Numbered from the stretch's first letter, positions 37,033-45,854 are shown. The stretch is 64,000 bases of DNA from Thermoanaerobaculia bacterium (GCA_049664225.1 JBATEX010000057.1:82451-146450), one strand, 5' to 3'. The notes: a model not told the origin generated them from the sequence alone. Translations and numbers: made by a program.

Positions 37033-39486
37033 TCATTCGGCATAGCGGGCGATTCTGAAGCCCACATCCGGACGCGGCTTGTTTCCGTAGTCGCGAAAAC
37101 TGAGACGCAGCTCCGTCACTGTGGAGTGCATCCAGCTGGAACCTCGGATGACATGATAGTCGCCACTCTCCGGTCCGAGGGGATCACGTGTCGGTGGTCC
37201 GGAGTTGCTGGGTAGGATGGCATAGTAGTCGTGAGTCCACTCGGCGACGTTACCGCCCATGTTCTTCAGACCCACCGCATTGGGCCCATAGCTGTCGACC
37301 GGAGAGGTGGCAGGAAAACCATCTTCATAGTCGGACAGGGTTGCCTCCAGATTGCCTTGTGCCGAAAGGTCAGCGTAGTTGCCAGACCCGGTGGCAACGG
37401 GCAGAGATCCACCCCAGGGGTATTTCAATCCGCCGCCACCGGCGAATCGAGCCGCCCAGGCCCATTCTGCCTCGGTAGGAAGTCGAAACCCGTTGCTCAA
37501 GGGGACGACGCCTTGCAGCTTGCCGCTACGAAAGGCATAGGCTGGCTCGAGCGAGGCCTTTTCACTGAGCCAGTTGCAGTACCGGGCCGCGTCCTCCCAG
37601 CTGACATTCACCACGGGATGGAGGTCATTCTCGAGACTCGCCCGTCCCGCCCTTCCCGATCGATGCTTCTCCATGAACTGCCGGAACTCCCGATTGGAGA
37701 CTTCTCGAGTCGCCATGTAGAAGGCCCTGGTGAGCTCGACCTGGCGGAGAGTCTCGTTAGCCCTCCGACCGGGCTCGCGCCTGGGTGCTCCGACGCGAAA
37801 GCGACCGGGCTCGATGAGTCTGAGCTCCTGGCCCTGTGGCCCCTGGATGACCGGCGGTACTGCTGCGGCCTTGGCTTCCTGCTCGGTCAGTAGGGTGACC
37901 TCCAGGGCCTGCGAGACGCCCGGGGTGGGAGTCAGGGTCTGGGTCTGGGAGATGAATCCCTGCTTCCTGATCTCGATCTGCTGCGGAACCGCTTGCAGAC
38001 GCAGGGTCTGATTCGCGGAGCCGCGGAGCTCGCCGTTGACAAAGAGCTCCGCCCCCGCGGGTCGGGTGATGATCTCGACCTCTCCGAGCCGCTCGACCAG
38101 GGCAATGACTTCGGACCGGTTCTCACCCGAGGCGACAGCCAACTCGAGGGTGCGAGTCTCGTAACCCCGTTTCGAAAAGCTCACCGCGTAGAGCCGCCCC
38201 GGAGCCATGGTGACCTCGAGCGGCGTCTGACCACGGTACTCGCCATCGACGGTCACGGTCGCTCCGCTTGGCTCGCTGCTCAGTGTCAGGCTGCCATCGT
38301 TGGGCAGTAGACGGACTGTCGGCAATTCGAGCGTCTCTTCGGCCTTTACCTGAATCCTGCCGCGGTGGGGCTTGAAGCCTGCAAGACTGATCTCTAGAGC
38401 TCGATTGCCTTCGAGAACCTCGGTGGTCAGAGGAGTGCGACCAACGAGTGAGCCGTCGATTCTCACGGCGGCGGCAGCCGGTTGGCTGCTGAGGGTCACA
38501 GTGGCCCAGAGGGGCTGCAACTCCACTCCGAGCGTCTGCGTCGCACCGCCCCCTGCGATGGCTATCTCGGTCGCGAAGTCTCGGTAGCCCTCCGCCTGAA
38601 TCAGCAGGCTGTGCTCGCCTGGCGTCAGCTCGAGGGGCTCGAGCGGCCACACACCCTGCTTCTCGCCGTCTACCCACAGCGTCGCCGCTGCCTCGACATC
38701 CAACTTCACGGCCAACAGCCCTGGCAGCCTCTCGAGCTGGAACTCGAAGACCTGCGTACTGGCCTGCGTCACCTCGATGGGGCTTCTCAGCTGCCGATAC
38801 CCCTTGCTTTCAGCGACCACCGTGTAGGTACCGGGCCGGAGAAGATACCTGCCACCGATCTGGAGTCGAAGCAAGCCACCTTCCACCTGCAGAGACTCCG
38901 GTGTAGGTTCGACCCGAACTTCCACTGGTCGGGCGGAGAAGAGGTACCAGGCAGCCATCGCAAGCAGGACCAGTACCAGCCAAAGAGCCACAGTGGCCCG
39001 CCGTGGGGCCCACCGCCTGCGGCGACCGGCCTCGAGCGAGGCCGGCGTGAACTCCACGGGGTGAATCCTCTGACTACCTGCGCCTGCGTCTTGGCTACGC
39101 GCGGAAGCCGCGGCCATGACTACTGCCGGGGGCCTGGTGCTGTCGTCGGACTCCTCGTGTCGAACCTGTAGGACGGTTCCACTTCCATCCGAGGAGAACA
39201 CGAGCTCTGCTTCGCCAACACGCAGGACGTCTCCGTGACGCAACCACTGAGACGTGGTCACGGGTCCGCCGTTGCAGAAGACCGCCTCGCCGCCAGGAAT
39301 GGGCTGCAGAAAGACCTCAAGCTCGGCGATCCCCAGATGGGCGATCGGACCGAGAACAGGCCGTCCCGGAATCTCGATATCAGCGTCGGGACCACCAATC
39401 GTCAGGGGAAAATCCCCCTCGCCGTACTGCCGCGCGGTTCCTTTCGCCCGCAGCTCAAAGGTGAGATTCAAATCTGCTCCTCGCAC
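37033..39486 (-). CDS. FHA - TM - five PEGA repeats - formylglycine-generating-enzyme/sulfatase-modifying (FGE-sulfatase, SUMF1-like) domain protein
   Basis: N-terminal FHA (GDFPLTIGG...FCNGGPV...GDVLRVGEAELVF) is followed by a TM helix (VALWLVLVLLAMAAWYLF) and five repeats of the PEGA type. The C-terminal domain reads YMATREVSNREF...VVNVSWEDAARYCNWLS...LPTEAEWAWAAR...GNVAEWTHD...IRGSSW...GFRIARY. The start codon is GTG. Confidence 0.85.
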   Translation of the reverse strand: MRGADLNLTFELRAKGTARQYGEGDFPLTIGGPDADIEIPGRPVLGPIAHLGIAELEVFLQPIPGGEAVFCNGGPVTTSQWLRHGDVLRVGEAELVFSSDGSGTVLQVRHEESDDSTRPPAVVMAAASARSQDAGAGSQRIHPVEFTPASLEAGRRRRWAPRRATVALWLVLVLLAMAAWYLFSARPVEVRVEPTPESLQVEGGLLRLQIGGRYLLRPGTYTVVAESKGYRQLRSPIEVTQASTQVFEFQLERLPGLLAVKLDVEAAATLWVDGEKQGVWPLEPLELTPGEHSLLIQAEGYRDFATEIAIAGGGATQTLGVELQPLWATVTLSSQPAAAAVRIDGSLVGRTPLTTEVLEGNRALEISLAGFKPHRGRIQVKAEETLELPTVRLLPNDGSLTLSSEPSGATVTVDGEYRGQTPLEVTMAPGRLYAVSFSKRGYETRTLELAVASGENRSEVIALVERLGEVEIITRPAGAELFVNGELRGSANQTLRLQAVPQQIEIRKQGFISQTQTLTPTPGVSQALEVTLLTEQEAKAAAVPPVIQGPQGQELRLIEPGRFRVGAPRREPGRRANETLRQVELTRAFYMATREVSNREFRQFMEKHRSGRAGRASLENDLHPVVNVSWEDAARYCNWLSEKASLEPAYAFRSGKLQGVVPLSNGFRLPTEAEWAWAARFAGGGGLKYPWGGSLPVATGSGNYADLSAQGNLEATLSDYEDGFPATSPVDSYGPNAVGLKNMGGNVAEWTHDYYAILPSNSGPPTRDPLGPESGDYHVIRGSSWMHSTVTELRLSFRDYGNKPRPDVGFRIARYAE

Positions 39487-41453
39487 CGTACTTCGAGCGG
39501 CTTCGAGCTCTGGTTCGGGGAGACCGTGAGCCGTCGCCTGACATCCCGGTAGCCCGCCCGGCTGCCGACGACCGTATAGGTTCCGGGCCGAAGGTCGAGG
39601 ACCTGCTGGGTGAATCTCCCCAAACGACCGACGCGGTAGACCGTCACTTCAGTGAGGTTGTCGGACACCAGTTCGACCCTGATCGGCGTTGTCGCTACGG
39701 CAAGCCGCTCGGCCAGACTGTCGATCTGCCGACGCAGCACCGGACCCGAAGGCTGCGTTGACCTGGCCTCACTCAAGACCTGCTCGGCACTCTCCAAGAC
39801 ATCATCGTTGGACAGCCTCTCGGAATGGCCGATGTGATCCTCCAGCTGCTCGGCGAGCTGGGATCGAACCTCGGCTCTGGCTTTACCCTCGCGGGCAAAT
39901 CGAATCGAGGGGTCGAGGCCCAAGGCAGCATCGTACTCCTGCAGAGCCGCATCCCAATCTTCCTTCCGCTCGAATTCCAGGGCCCGTGAGCGATGCTCGG
40001 AGATCGCGGCGAGACGCAAGCTCTCCTCAGCTCGTCCCAGGCCATCCAAGGCCTCCGGAGAGCCTGGCGAGAGCACCAGTGCGCGCTGGAAGGCCTGCTT
40101 GGCGATTGCGGAATCACCAGCCTCCAGCGCTGTCAGGCCCTTTGACATGGCCTGCCGGAATTCGGCATCCGATCTCGGCTCGAACTTGGGCACGGGCTCG
40201 ACACTGGGCGGTCCGGTCTCCTGCCGCGCTTGCACCACAGCGCCAGACTCGACGACCCGATCTACGGTTGACTCGGAGCCGGCTTCCTGAGGGACGGACT
40301 CCGATAGGACCTCGAGATCCTCTCGATCCTCAGACTCGGCCGACGACCGATGGATCGGGACCGCCCGGCTCTCTTCGGCCTCCGAGGCTTCGCCAATCGG
40401 ACTGCTATCGCTCACCGCAGCGCTTTCAGCCTCACTTCTCCGCTGCACCCAGCCGGGCAGGAACACGAAGACAGCCAAGACGAGCACCCCGAGCGCCGCA
40501 AAGACCGCGACCGTCATCCAGAGCCGGATCTTGCTGTCAGAGGCCTGGCCCGCAACCTGGCGGGCCCGGGAACGAGGAGCCTCTATCTTCGGGGGTGGTG
40601 ACAGCCGCACCGAGCGCGACCGAATCTCGGGCGCTCGAGTCTCGGTGACCGAGAGCTCTTCACCGATTTTCTCAAGTTCCTCTCGCACCAGAGCCATGTC
40701 GGCTGGACGGTCGGCCGGGGATTTGGCCAGCATTTCGCCAATCAGATCCCGGAGGCGCGCTGGAGCCGTACTGCTGGGGTCGATGGGTTCCGGGGTCTCT
40801 TGCCGAATCCGTTCTTCGTCGGCATTGGGCCAAAAAGGAGGATGACCCGAGATCAGGTGATACGCCAGCGTCCCCAGCCCGTAGATGTCGTCGGAGGGCT
40901 GTGGAGGTAGTCCCGCCAATTGCTGTGGGCTCATGCTGTATCGCGACCCACCCCCCTCGAGGAGCAGGTCTCCCTCGCCCGGGTGCAAGGCTCCAGCGAT
41001 GCCGAAGTCCATCAGCCGCGGCTGCCCAGTCCGATCCAAGAGGATGTTGCTGGCTTTGACATCCCGGTGCACCACACCGGCCTGATGCGCGTGGTCGAGG
41101 GCTTCAGCCAGGGGCACGAGAGCTTTGACGATGTCCTCGATTGCACCCCCTATCAGGGACTCGATGGAGCCCCCATCGACGTGCTCCATGGTGATGAAGC
41201 TCACGCCGTCGCACTGATGGAAGTCGAAGACGCGGATGATGTTGGGGTGGGACAACCGGCGGGCGTTCCGACACTCGTGGCGAAGAAGCTCGATCGTCGC
41301 CGGCGAGGCATCGGTCGGTACGACCTTAGTGACCACCTCCTGGTCGAGTTGACGATCGCGTGCCAACCAGACCTCGCCCATACCGCCCCGTCCCAAGGGG
41401 CGGAGCAGGGTGAAGCGGGAGCAGAGGCTGGTGCCGCTTTCGAGATGGAGCAT
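39468..41453 (-). CDS. Ser/Thr protein kinase - TM - TPR-like - PEGA-like domain protein
   Basis: From the ATG at 41453, the Hanks kinase motifs are GRGGMGEVWLA, HRDVKASNILL, DFGIA and SPQQ. The TM helix is MTVAVFAALGVLVLAVFVFL. The extracytoplasmic part has TPR-like helices and the C-terminal segment LRPGTYTVVGSRAGYRDV. Confidence 0.88.
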   Translation of the reverse strand: MLHLESGTSLCSRFTLLRPLGRGGMGEVWLARDRQLDQEVVTKVVPTDASPATIELLRHECRNARRLSHPNIIRVFDFHQCDGVSFITMEHVDGGSIESLIGGAIEDIVKALVPLAEALDHAHQAGVVHRDVKASNILLDRTGQPRLMDFGIAGALHPGEGDLLLEGGGSRYSMSPQQLAGLPPQPSDDIYGLGTLAYHLISGHPPFWPNADEERIRQETPEPIDPSSTAPARLRDLIGEMLAKSPADRPADMALVREELEKIGEELSVTETRAPEIRSRSVRLSPPPKIEAPRSRARQVAGQASDSKIRLWMTVAVFAALGVLVLAVFVFLPGWVQRRSEAESAAVSDSSPIGEASEAEESRAVPIHRSSAESEDREDLEVLSESVPQEAGSESTVDRVVESGAVVQARQETGPPSVEPVPKFEPRSDAEFRQAMSKGLTALEAGDSAIAKQAFQRALVLSPGSPEALDGLGRAEESLRLAAISEHRSRALEFERKEDWDAALQEYDAALGLDPSIRFAREGKARAEVRSQLAEQLEDHIGHSERLSNDDVLESAEQVLSEARSTQPSGPVLRRQIDSLAERLAVATTPIRVELVSDNLTEVTVYRVGRLGRFTQQVLDLRPGTYTVVGSRAGYRDVRRRLTVSPNQSSKPLEVRCEEQI

Positions 41454-41473
41454 ACGTCGGTGCACCGCTGGAT

Positions 41474-42712
41474 TCAGTGGTCCACCGAATTCCCTGCGGT
41501 TTGCCCTGCCTCGACGTTGGGGTCGACAGGTAGTCCGGTCTCCTCGGCATAGATCTTTCGCAGCATCTCCCGCCATTCGGCGAACTGACCCTCCATGGTG
41601 CCACTGAGCCGCAATGTCTCGCCTTCGACCTCGACGACGAGTGGAGCGACTTCCACATCCAGGGAGCCACCCAGCTCACGCAGGGCCTCCACATGCATCT
41701 TGGCCTCCTGTGACTTCGCCATGCCACTCTGAATGGCTGCCATGCCACCAATCACGGCCACATCTCGCGCCACCCTTCCCGCAGAGCCGTTCGTTGGGGC
41801 GACCACGGCACCGAAGATCGCCAGCGCACCCACGATCTTTTGCATCCGGGCCTGGCGACGAAGCTTCTCCAAAGCCAGCTGCTCCTCGTAGCTGAACGAG
41901 CGCCAGTTGTCATAGGGCTCTTCCATCGACGTACTGAAGGTGGCGTAGTACTCGTTCAGGGTGTCGATGAATGTGTAGTCGCGCTCTCTGATCTCGGCGA
42001 TGCGTTGCATCATGGAGTCATCCTCGGCAGGGAGGTGCTCCAACTGGTAGCGCTCCTTGCGATCGAGGCTGAGATAGTCCTCGAAAGCCACCGGCGCCAG
42101 GTCGGCAGCGAACCGCAGGTCGGCGACATTGCGCAGCTTCATCAGCTCCGCTTGCTTCCTCTTCTGTCGTTCGACCAGCATATCGTTGGCGATGGCGGAA
42201 TATAGAGCATGGAAGGGGTCCTTCTTCTTGACTTGCTCCGGGGAGTACACCAGGACGTCGGCCTCCTGCTTGTAGCGTTTCTCGAGCCAGACCTCCCCGG
42301 CTGCGTCCCGCACCTGGACCTCCACCACCAGGTCCTTGCCTGTGGATTTGATGACCCCGCCAGACACTGTCACTTCGGCACTGGATGTGCCTTCCGGCAT
42401 CACTCGGACTGCACCCCAATTACCCGTCGACTGCAAGGTCTGCTTGAGCTGATAGGGGATGAACCGCGCCTCGGCCTTTCGGACCTCCGGGAAGACTCCC
42501 GCCTTCTCCGCTTTGGTCACAGGCACGCTCGGGTCCATCAGACCCGGATCGAAGACCTCGATGGTCACGTCCAGCAGAGCCTCATCTGGAACTTCAGTGG
42601 CGGCCTGGATCAGAGTCACCGTGCTCACGGCGCTCGACGAGCCCGTCGAGGCGCATCCCGCAACCAGCAGGGTCGCCAAGGCCAGGCCGGCTATTTCTCT
42701 TTGCATCTTCAT
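41474..42712 (-). CDS. Lipoprotein, hypothetical (412 aa)
   Basis: Lipobox LLVAGC after a signal peptide. No family was recognised. A hydrophobic/Gly-rich segment (IVGALAIFGAVVAP...VIGGMAAIQSG) lies near the C-terminus. Confidence 0.7.
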   Translation of the reverse strand: MKMQREIAGLALATLLVAGCASTGSSSAVSTVTLIQAATEVPDEALLDVTIEVFDPGLMDPSVPVTKAEKAGVFPEVRKAEARFIPYQLKQTLQSTGNWGAVRVMPEGTSSAEVTVSGGVIKSTGKDLVVEVQVRDAAGEVWLEKRYKQEADVLVYSPEQVKKKDPFHALYSAIANDMLVERQKRKQAELMKLRNVADLRFAADLAPVAFEDYLSLDRKERYQLEHLPAEDDSMMQRIAEIRERDYTFIDTLNEYYATFSTSMEEPYDNWRSFSYEEQLALEKLRRQARMQKIVGALAIFGAVVAPTNGSAGRVARDVAVIGGMAAIQSGMAKSQEAKMHVEALRELGGSLDVEVAPLVVEVEGETLRLSGTMEGQFAEWREMLRKIYAEETGLPVDPNVEAGQTAGNSVDH

Positions 42713-42727
42713 CCTGGACCACCCCGG

Positions 42728-43615
42728 TCAGCCGCTCTTCTTCGCAGCCGCTTTGTATTCACGGTATTCATCCCATAGCTTCTCACGCAACTCGGGATCG
42801 TCTTCGTTCATCGCCGCCTCGCGGAGCTGTCGCGCCACGATGTCGTCGTCGCTGCCGTCGGGAATATCGGGAGGAACCCTGCCACCACCACTCCCACCAC
42901 CGGCCGATCCGGACCGCGCAGAGCTTCCTTCGCCCGACTCCTCTTCACTGGTGCCCTCCCCGGCAGCAGACTCCGACGCAGCACTGCCGGTTTGCTCTTC
43001 TCCCGTTCCGCCGCCCCCTACTGGATCTCCAAACCCGGTGTCCTCGTCTCCGAAAGCGCCGCTTCCGCCCGAAGACCCCGAGGCAACGTCGGCAGCAGCC
43101 TCCGCCTCGGCTCTCTCTCGGGCAGCCGCCTGTTGCTCACTGGCCAGCATTCCGTCGACTTTCTCCAAAGAAGCAATCAACTCCTGGTCCAGCTTCGATG
43201 CTGGCTCACCTCCGGTCAAGGGACCAGCCGGCGGGCCTGCTCCGCTACCCGCACTGCCCCCCTGGGTCTGGCTTTCAGCGCCCTCCGCACCCTGGGAACC
43301 GGCCTGTCCACCGGCCGACTCTTCACCCTCCCCCCCGGCGGAACCGTCCTCTCCAGAGGACTCTCCCTGCCCCTCCTGCGTACCCGACGGTTCGCCGCCT
43401 TCGGAGCCGGCAGCACCCTCACCACCACCCTCCTGTCCCGCCTCCGACCCGCCCTCGCCACTCGCCTTGTCCTCGGGTGCGGATGAAGTCGTGGTCTCCG
43501 GCTCGGGGCGCGCAGATGGGGTTGTCGACGTCTGACTGCTGGCGCAAGCCACCACCAGCGCCAGGGCGATAGGAGGAACGACTCGCTGCAGCCATTGTTG
43601 AATTCTGAAGTCCAT
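42728..43615 (-). CDS. Acidic Gly/Glu/Ser-rich lipoprotein with conserved-looking helical C-terminus (hypothetical)
   Basis: Signal peptide plus lipobox (LALVVAC), with an SD (AAGGAAG) upstream of the ATG at 43615. A low-complexity acidic region of about 200 aa follows. The C-terminus reads PDIPDGSDDDIVARQLREAAMNEDDPELREKLWDEYREYK. Confidence 0.7.
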   Translation of the reverse strand: MDFRIQQWLQRVVPPIALALVVACASSQTSTTPSARPEPETTTSSAPEDKASGEGGSEAGQEGGGEGAAGSEGGEPSGTQEGQGESSGEDGSAGGEGEESAGGQAGSQGAEGAESQTQGGSAGSGAGPPAGPLTGGEPASKLDQELIASLEKVDGMLASEQQAAARERAEAEAAADVASGSSGGSGAFGDEDTGFGDPVGGGGTGEEQTGSAASESAAGEGTSEEESGEGSSARSGSAGGGSGGGRVPPDIPDGSDDDIVARQLREAAMNEDDPELREKLWDEYREYKAAAKKSG

Positions 43616-43831
43616 GTCTCTTCCTTTGTGATTGCCAGCAAAGCTGGCTCACACTGTCGATTCTTCGCGCCTCCGGTGCAAGCGAGCCACATTTCTCTCC
43701 TCAGCACTCCGCTCGCCACTCGCGGTAACACCGGACCAACCTTCAATCTAGCAAATTGCGCGCCAAAGCTCAGCGAATCCGGGCAATTCGAGCCTTGCTA
43801 CTCCCACTGCAGGAAGCCAGTCCGAGGGTAT

Positions 43832-44896
43832 TCACACCCAGAGCGTGAGACCCGACAGGAGAAGGAACGCCGCGAGGTAAATCCAGCGCCCCCAGTGATC
43901 GATCCTGTGAGCTTGTGCCTCCTTGCCCTGCTTGGCAAGCCTGGCAGTCACGATCACTTCGCCCAAAGCCGCAAAGACCAGCAGCGTCGTACCCAAGAGG
44001 AACTGGTCGGCGCGAGTCATGTAGGCCACATTGGGCAGCGCACTCCGCATGCTGAAGCGAAAGGCGATCAGGGAAAAGACCGCGGCCGTCGCGATACCGA
44101 CCTGCGGGGGCACGACCGATGGATCGATCCAAAACACAGACCAGGCCATCAGCACGATGAGGACCAGGGGCACCATCATGGTGAGGCCGAAGTAGGACGA
44201 CTGTCGTCGGGCTTCGAGAAAGAAACTCGCACCAGCGAATTGACCTTGTATTGCAGGCAGCTGCACCGCTTCGATCCTGGGCTCACCCTCTTCGATCACC
44301 CAGCCTGTGACCGAGAAATCACCCCGAATTCCCGTCAACTCCTCATTGAGGACGAAGCTGATCTCCTCCGGGCCGTAGCGGTAGGCCACGACATGAATCG
44401 GCAGGACCTGCGTATCGAACGGGAACTCCTTAAGCTCCAGTCTCGTTGACAGGGTTGCTTGCAGCCTCTGTGCGTAGGACACCAGACCGTCCGGCTTCAC
44501 CTGCACGACATTGGGCAGAAGGGCCTCGACTTCGCGCTGATTCAGCGCCCCGAGCTCCGCATGCCAGACCTCTTCCAAAGGCAAGACCAACTCCTCGAGA
44601 CCCACTTCCTCGGCCGAGAACGCCAGTCGCGGGTCTCGCCAGCGAAGGGTCATCGCCAGGTCGACCTCGAAGGTCTGCGTAGCGTCGTCGATCGCAATGA
44701 CATCGAGAACGTAGACGCCGATCTCCGCTCGAGTGGGGGTGCCTCCGGGATCGGGCCGAACGCGGATCCACTGTTTGGCCTCGAGATCCGTGTACGGTTC
44801 GGTCGCTTGCAGAGTCGGGAGATACCCCAGGCTACCGAGCAGTAGCCAGCCGATGGCCCATCCAAGCTGATTTCGACCTCTCGCGCTTCCTGACAT
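43832..44896 (-). CDS. Prokaryotic pentameric ligand-gated ion channel (Cys-loop receptor superfamily, GLIC/ELIC-like)
   Basis: Signal peptide and a beta-rich extracellular domain of about 200 aa, with WRDPRL and the Cys-loop-equivalent FPFDTQ. Four TM helices follow (M1 YFGLTMMVPLVLIVLMAWSVFW; M2 VGIATAAVFSLIAF; M3; C-terminal M4), with a short M3-M4 loop. Confidence 0.85.
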   Translation of the reverse strand: MSGSARGRNQLGWAIGWLLLGSLGYLPTLQATEPYTDLEAKQWIRVRPDPGGTPTRAEIGVYVLDVIAIDDATQTFEVDLAMTLRWRDPRLAFSAEEVGLEELVLPLEEVWHAELGALNQREVEALLPNVVQVKPDGLVSYAQRLQATLSTRLELKEFPFDTQVLPIHVVAYRYGPEEISFVLNEELTGIRGDFSVTGWVIEEGEPRIEAVQLPAIQGQFAGASFFLEARRQSSYFGLTMMVPLVLIVLMAWSVFWIDPSVVPPQVGIATAAVFSLIAFRFSMRSALPNVAYMTRADQFLLGTTLLVFAALGEVIVTARLAKQGKEAQAHRIDHWGRWIYLAAFLLLSGLTLWV

Positions 44897-44972
44897 GGCC
44901 GCCAGAGTATATGCGTACTCTGCCTAAACTCCTTGACCCCAGGAAATCTGCTCTCAGTCTGATTCCGCAGGT

Positions 44973-45800
44973 CTAGCCGAGGACCAACGCTAGGAGACCC
45001 AGAGCGAAACAGTACGGGGCGAACCAGGACAGACGCCCTTTCTTGACCAGGCGAACGAGGAGCGCGAGGCAGAAGTAGCCGGTCAGGGCCGCAGCTGTGA
45101 ATCCAACAACGAGAGCTGTCGTGCCGACGCCGTCATGCGCTCCGCCAATGCGAAGCAGGAGGGCACCGAGGATCGAGGGAATCGAGAGCAAGAAAGAGTA
45201 GCGCGCCGCCGTTTCTCGATCGATTCCAAGCAACAGGGCTGCAGCGATTGTAATTCCGGATCGACTGATTCCCGGAGTGATGGCCAGGCCCTGTACGACC
45301 CCGATAGTCAGAGCATCAACCCAGGTCATCTCGGCTGCATCGCGGCCACCGCTGCGAGCCAATCGCGTCAGTAACAGTACTGTTCCGGTAACAATCAGCA
45401 TGAGTCCGACGAGACGCACGGAGCCGAAGAGTCGCTCGAAAGTGTCCTCGAAGGCGAGTCCAATCACCGCTGTCGGGATCGTGCCGACGACAATCAGGAG
45501 CGCGAAACGGAAGCCGGGGTACGACTTCAGCGTCTCCTTCCAGGAGTGTCCCAAGGCGAGATTCCGGAGCCCGGCGAAAGTCTCCGCGACCAGCTTCACG
45601 ATGTCTTTCCGGTAGTACCAGATGACCGCGACCAGGGTACCGAGGTGCAACACGATGTCGAAGAAGAGTGCCGGTTCTTCGAGGCCGAAGAGGTGCTGGG
45701 CGATCACCAGATGACCGGAGGAGCTGATGGGTAGGTACTCCGTCGCACCCTGCACGATGCCCAGAACAAGGGCTTGAAACCAGTCGATCATCGTGCGCAT
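44973..45800 (-). CDS. uppP: Undecaprenyl-diphosphate phosphatase
   Basis: LGIVQGATEYLPISSSGH and GLAITPGISRSGITI are BacA/UppP signature motifs. The protein is 275 aa and polytopic. Confidence 0.92.
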   Translation of the reverse strand: MRTMIDWFQALVLGIVQGATEYLPISSSGHLVIAQHLFGLEEPALFFDIVLHLGTLVAVIWYYRKDIVKLVAETFAGLRNLALGHSWKETLKSYPGFRFALLIVVGTIPTAVIGLAFEDTFERLFGSVRLVGLMLIVTGTVLLLTRLARSGGRDAAEMTWVDALTIGVVQGLAITPGISRSGITIAAALLLGIDRETAARYSFLLSIPSILGALLLRIGGAHDGVGTTALVVGFTAAALTGYFCLALLVRLVKKGRLSWFAPYCFALGLLALVLG

Positions 45801-45854
45801 CCTATCTCGCTGAGCTGTGTTCGGCGCTCGAGAAGGAGCTCGCTGCCCGTTCCC

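Noticed and set aside
39689-40648. 319-aa Pro/Arg-rich plus-strand ORF
   Set aside because: It is antisense to the Ser/Thr kinase gene. The P/R/A-rich composition is typical of a wrong-frame translation of GC-rich DNA.
42459-43535. 358-aa Pro/Ser-rich plus-strand ORF opposite the acidic lipoprotein gene
   Set aside because: It has no SD or start context and spans the stop/start junction of two minus-strand genes. The minus-strand frames have SD, signal peptide, lipobox and operon coupling. I kept a flag in the findings, because low-complexity regions make strand choice less certain.
43616-43831. Sigma-54-like TGGC...TTGC (tggctcgcttgca, minus strand) upstream of the nine-gene operon
   Set aside because: The GG-to-GC spacing is 9 nt rather than the required 12, so it is not a -24/-12 element. 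I could not identify a convincing promoter for the operon by eye.
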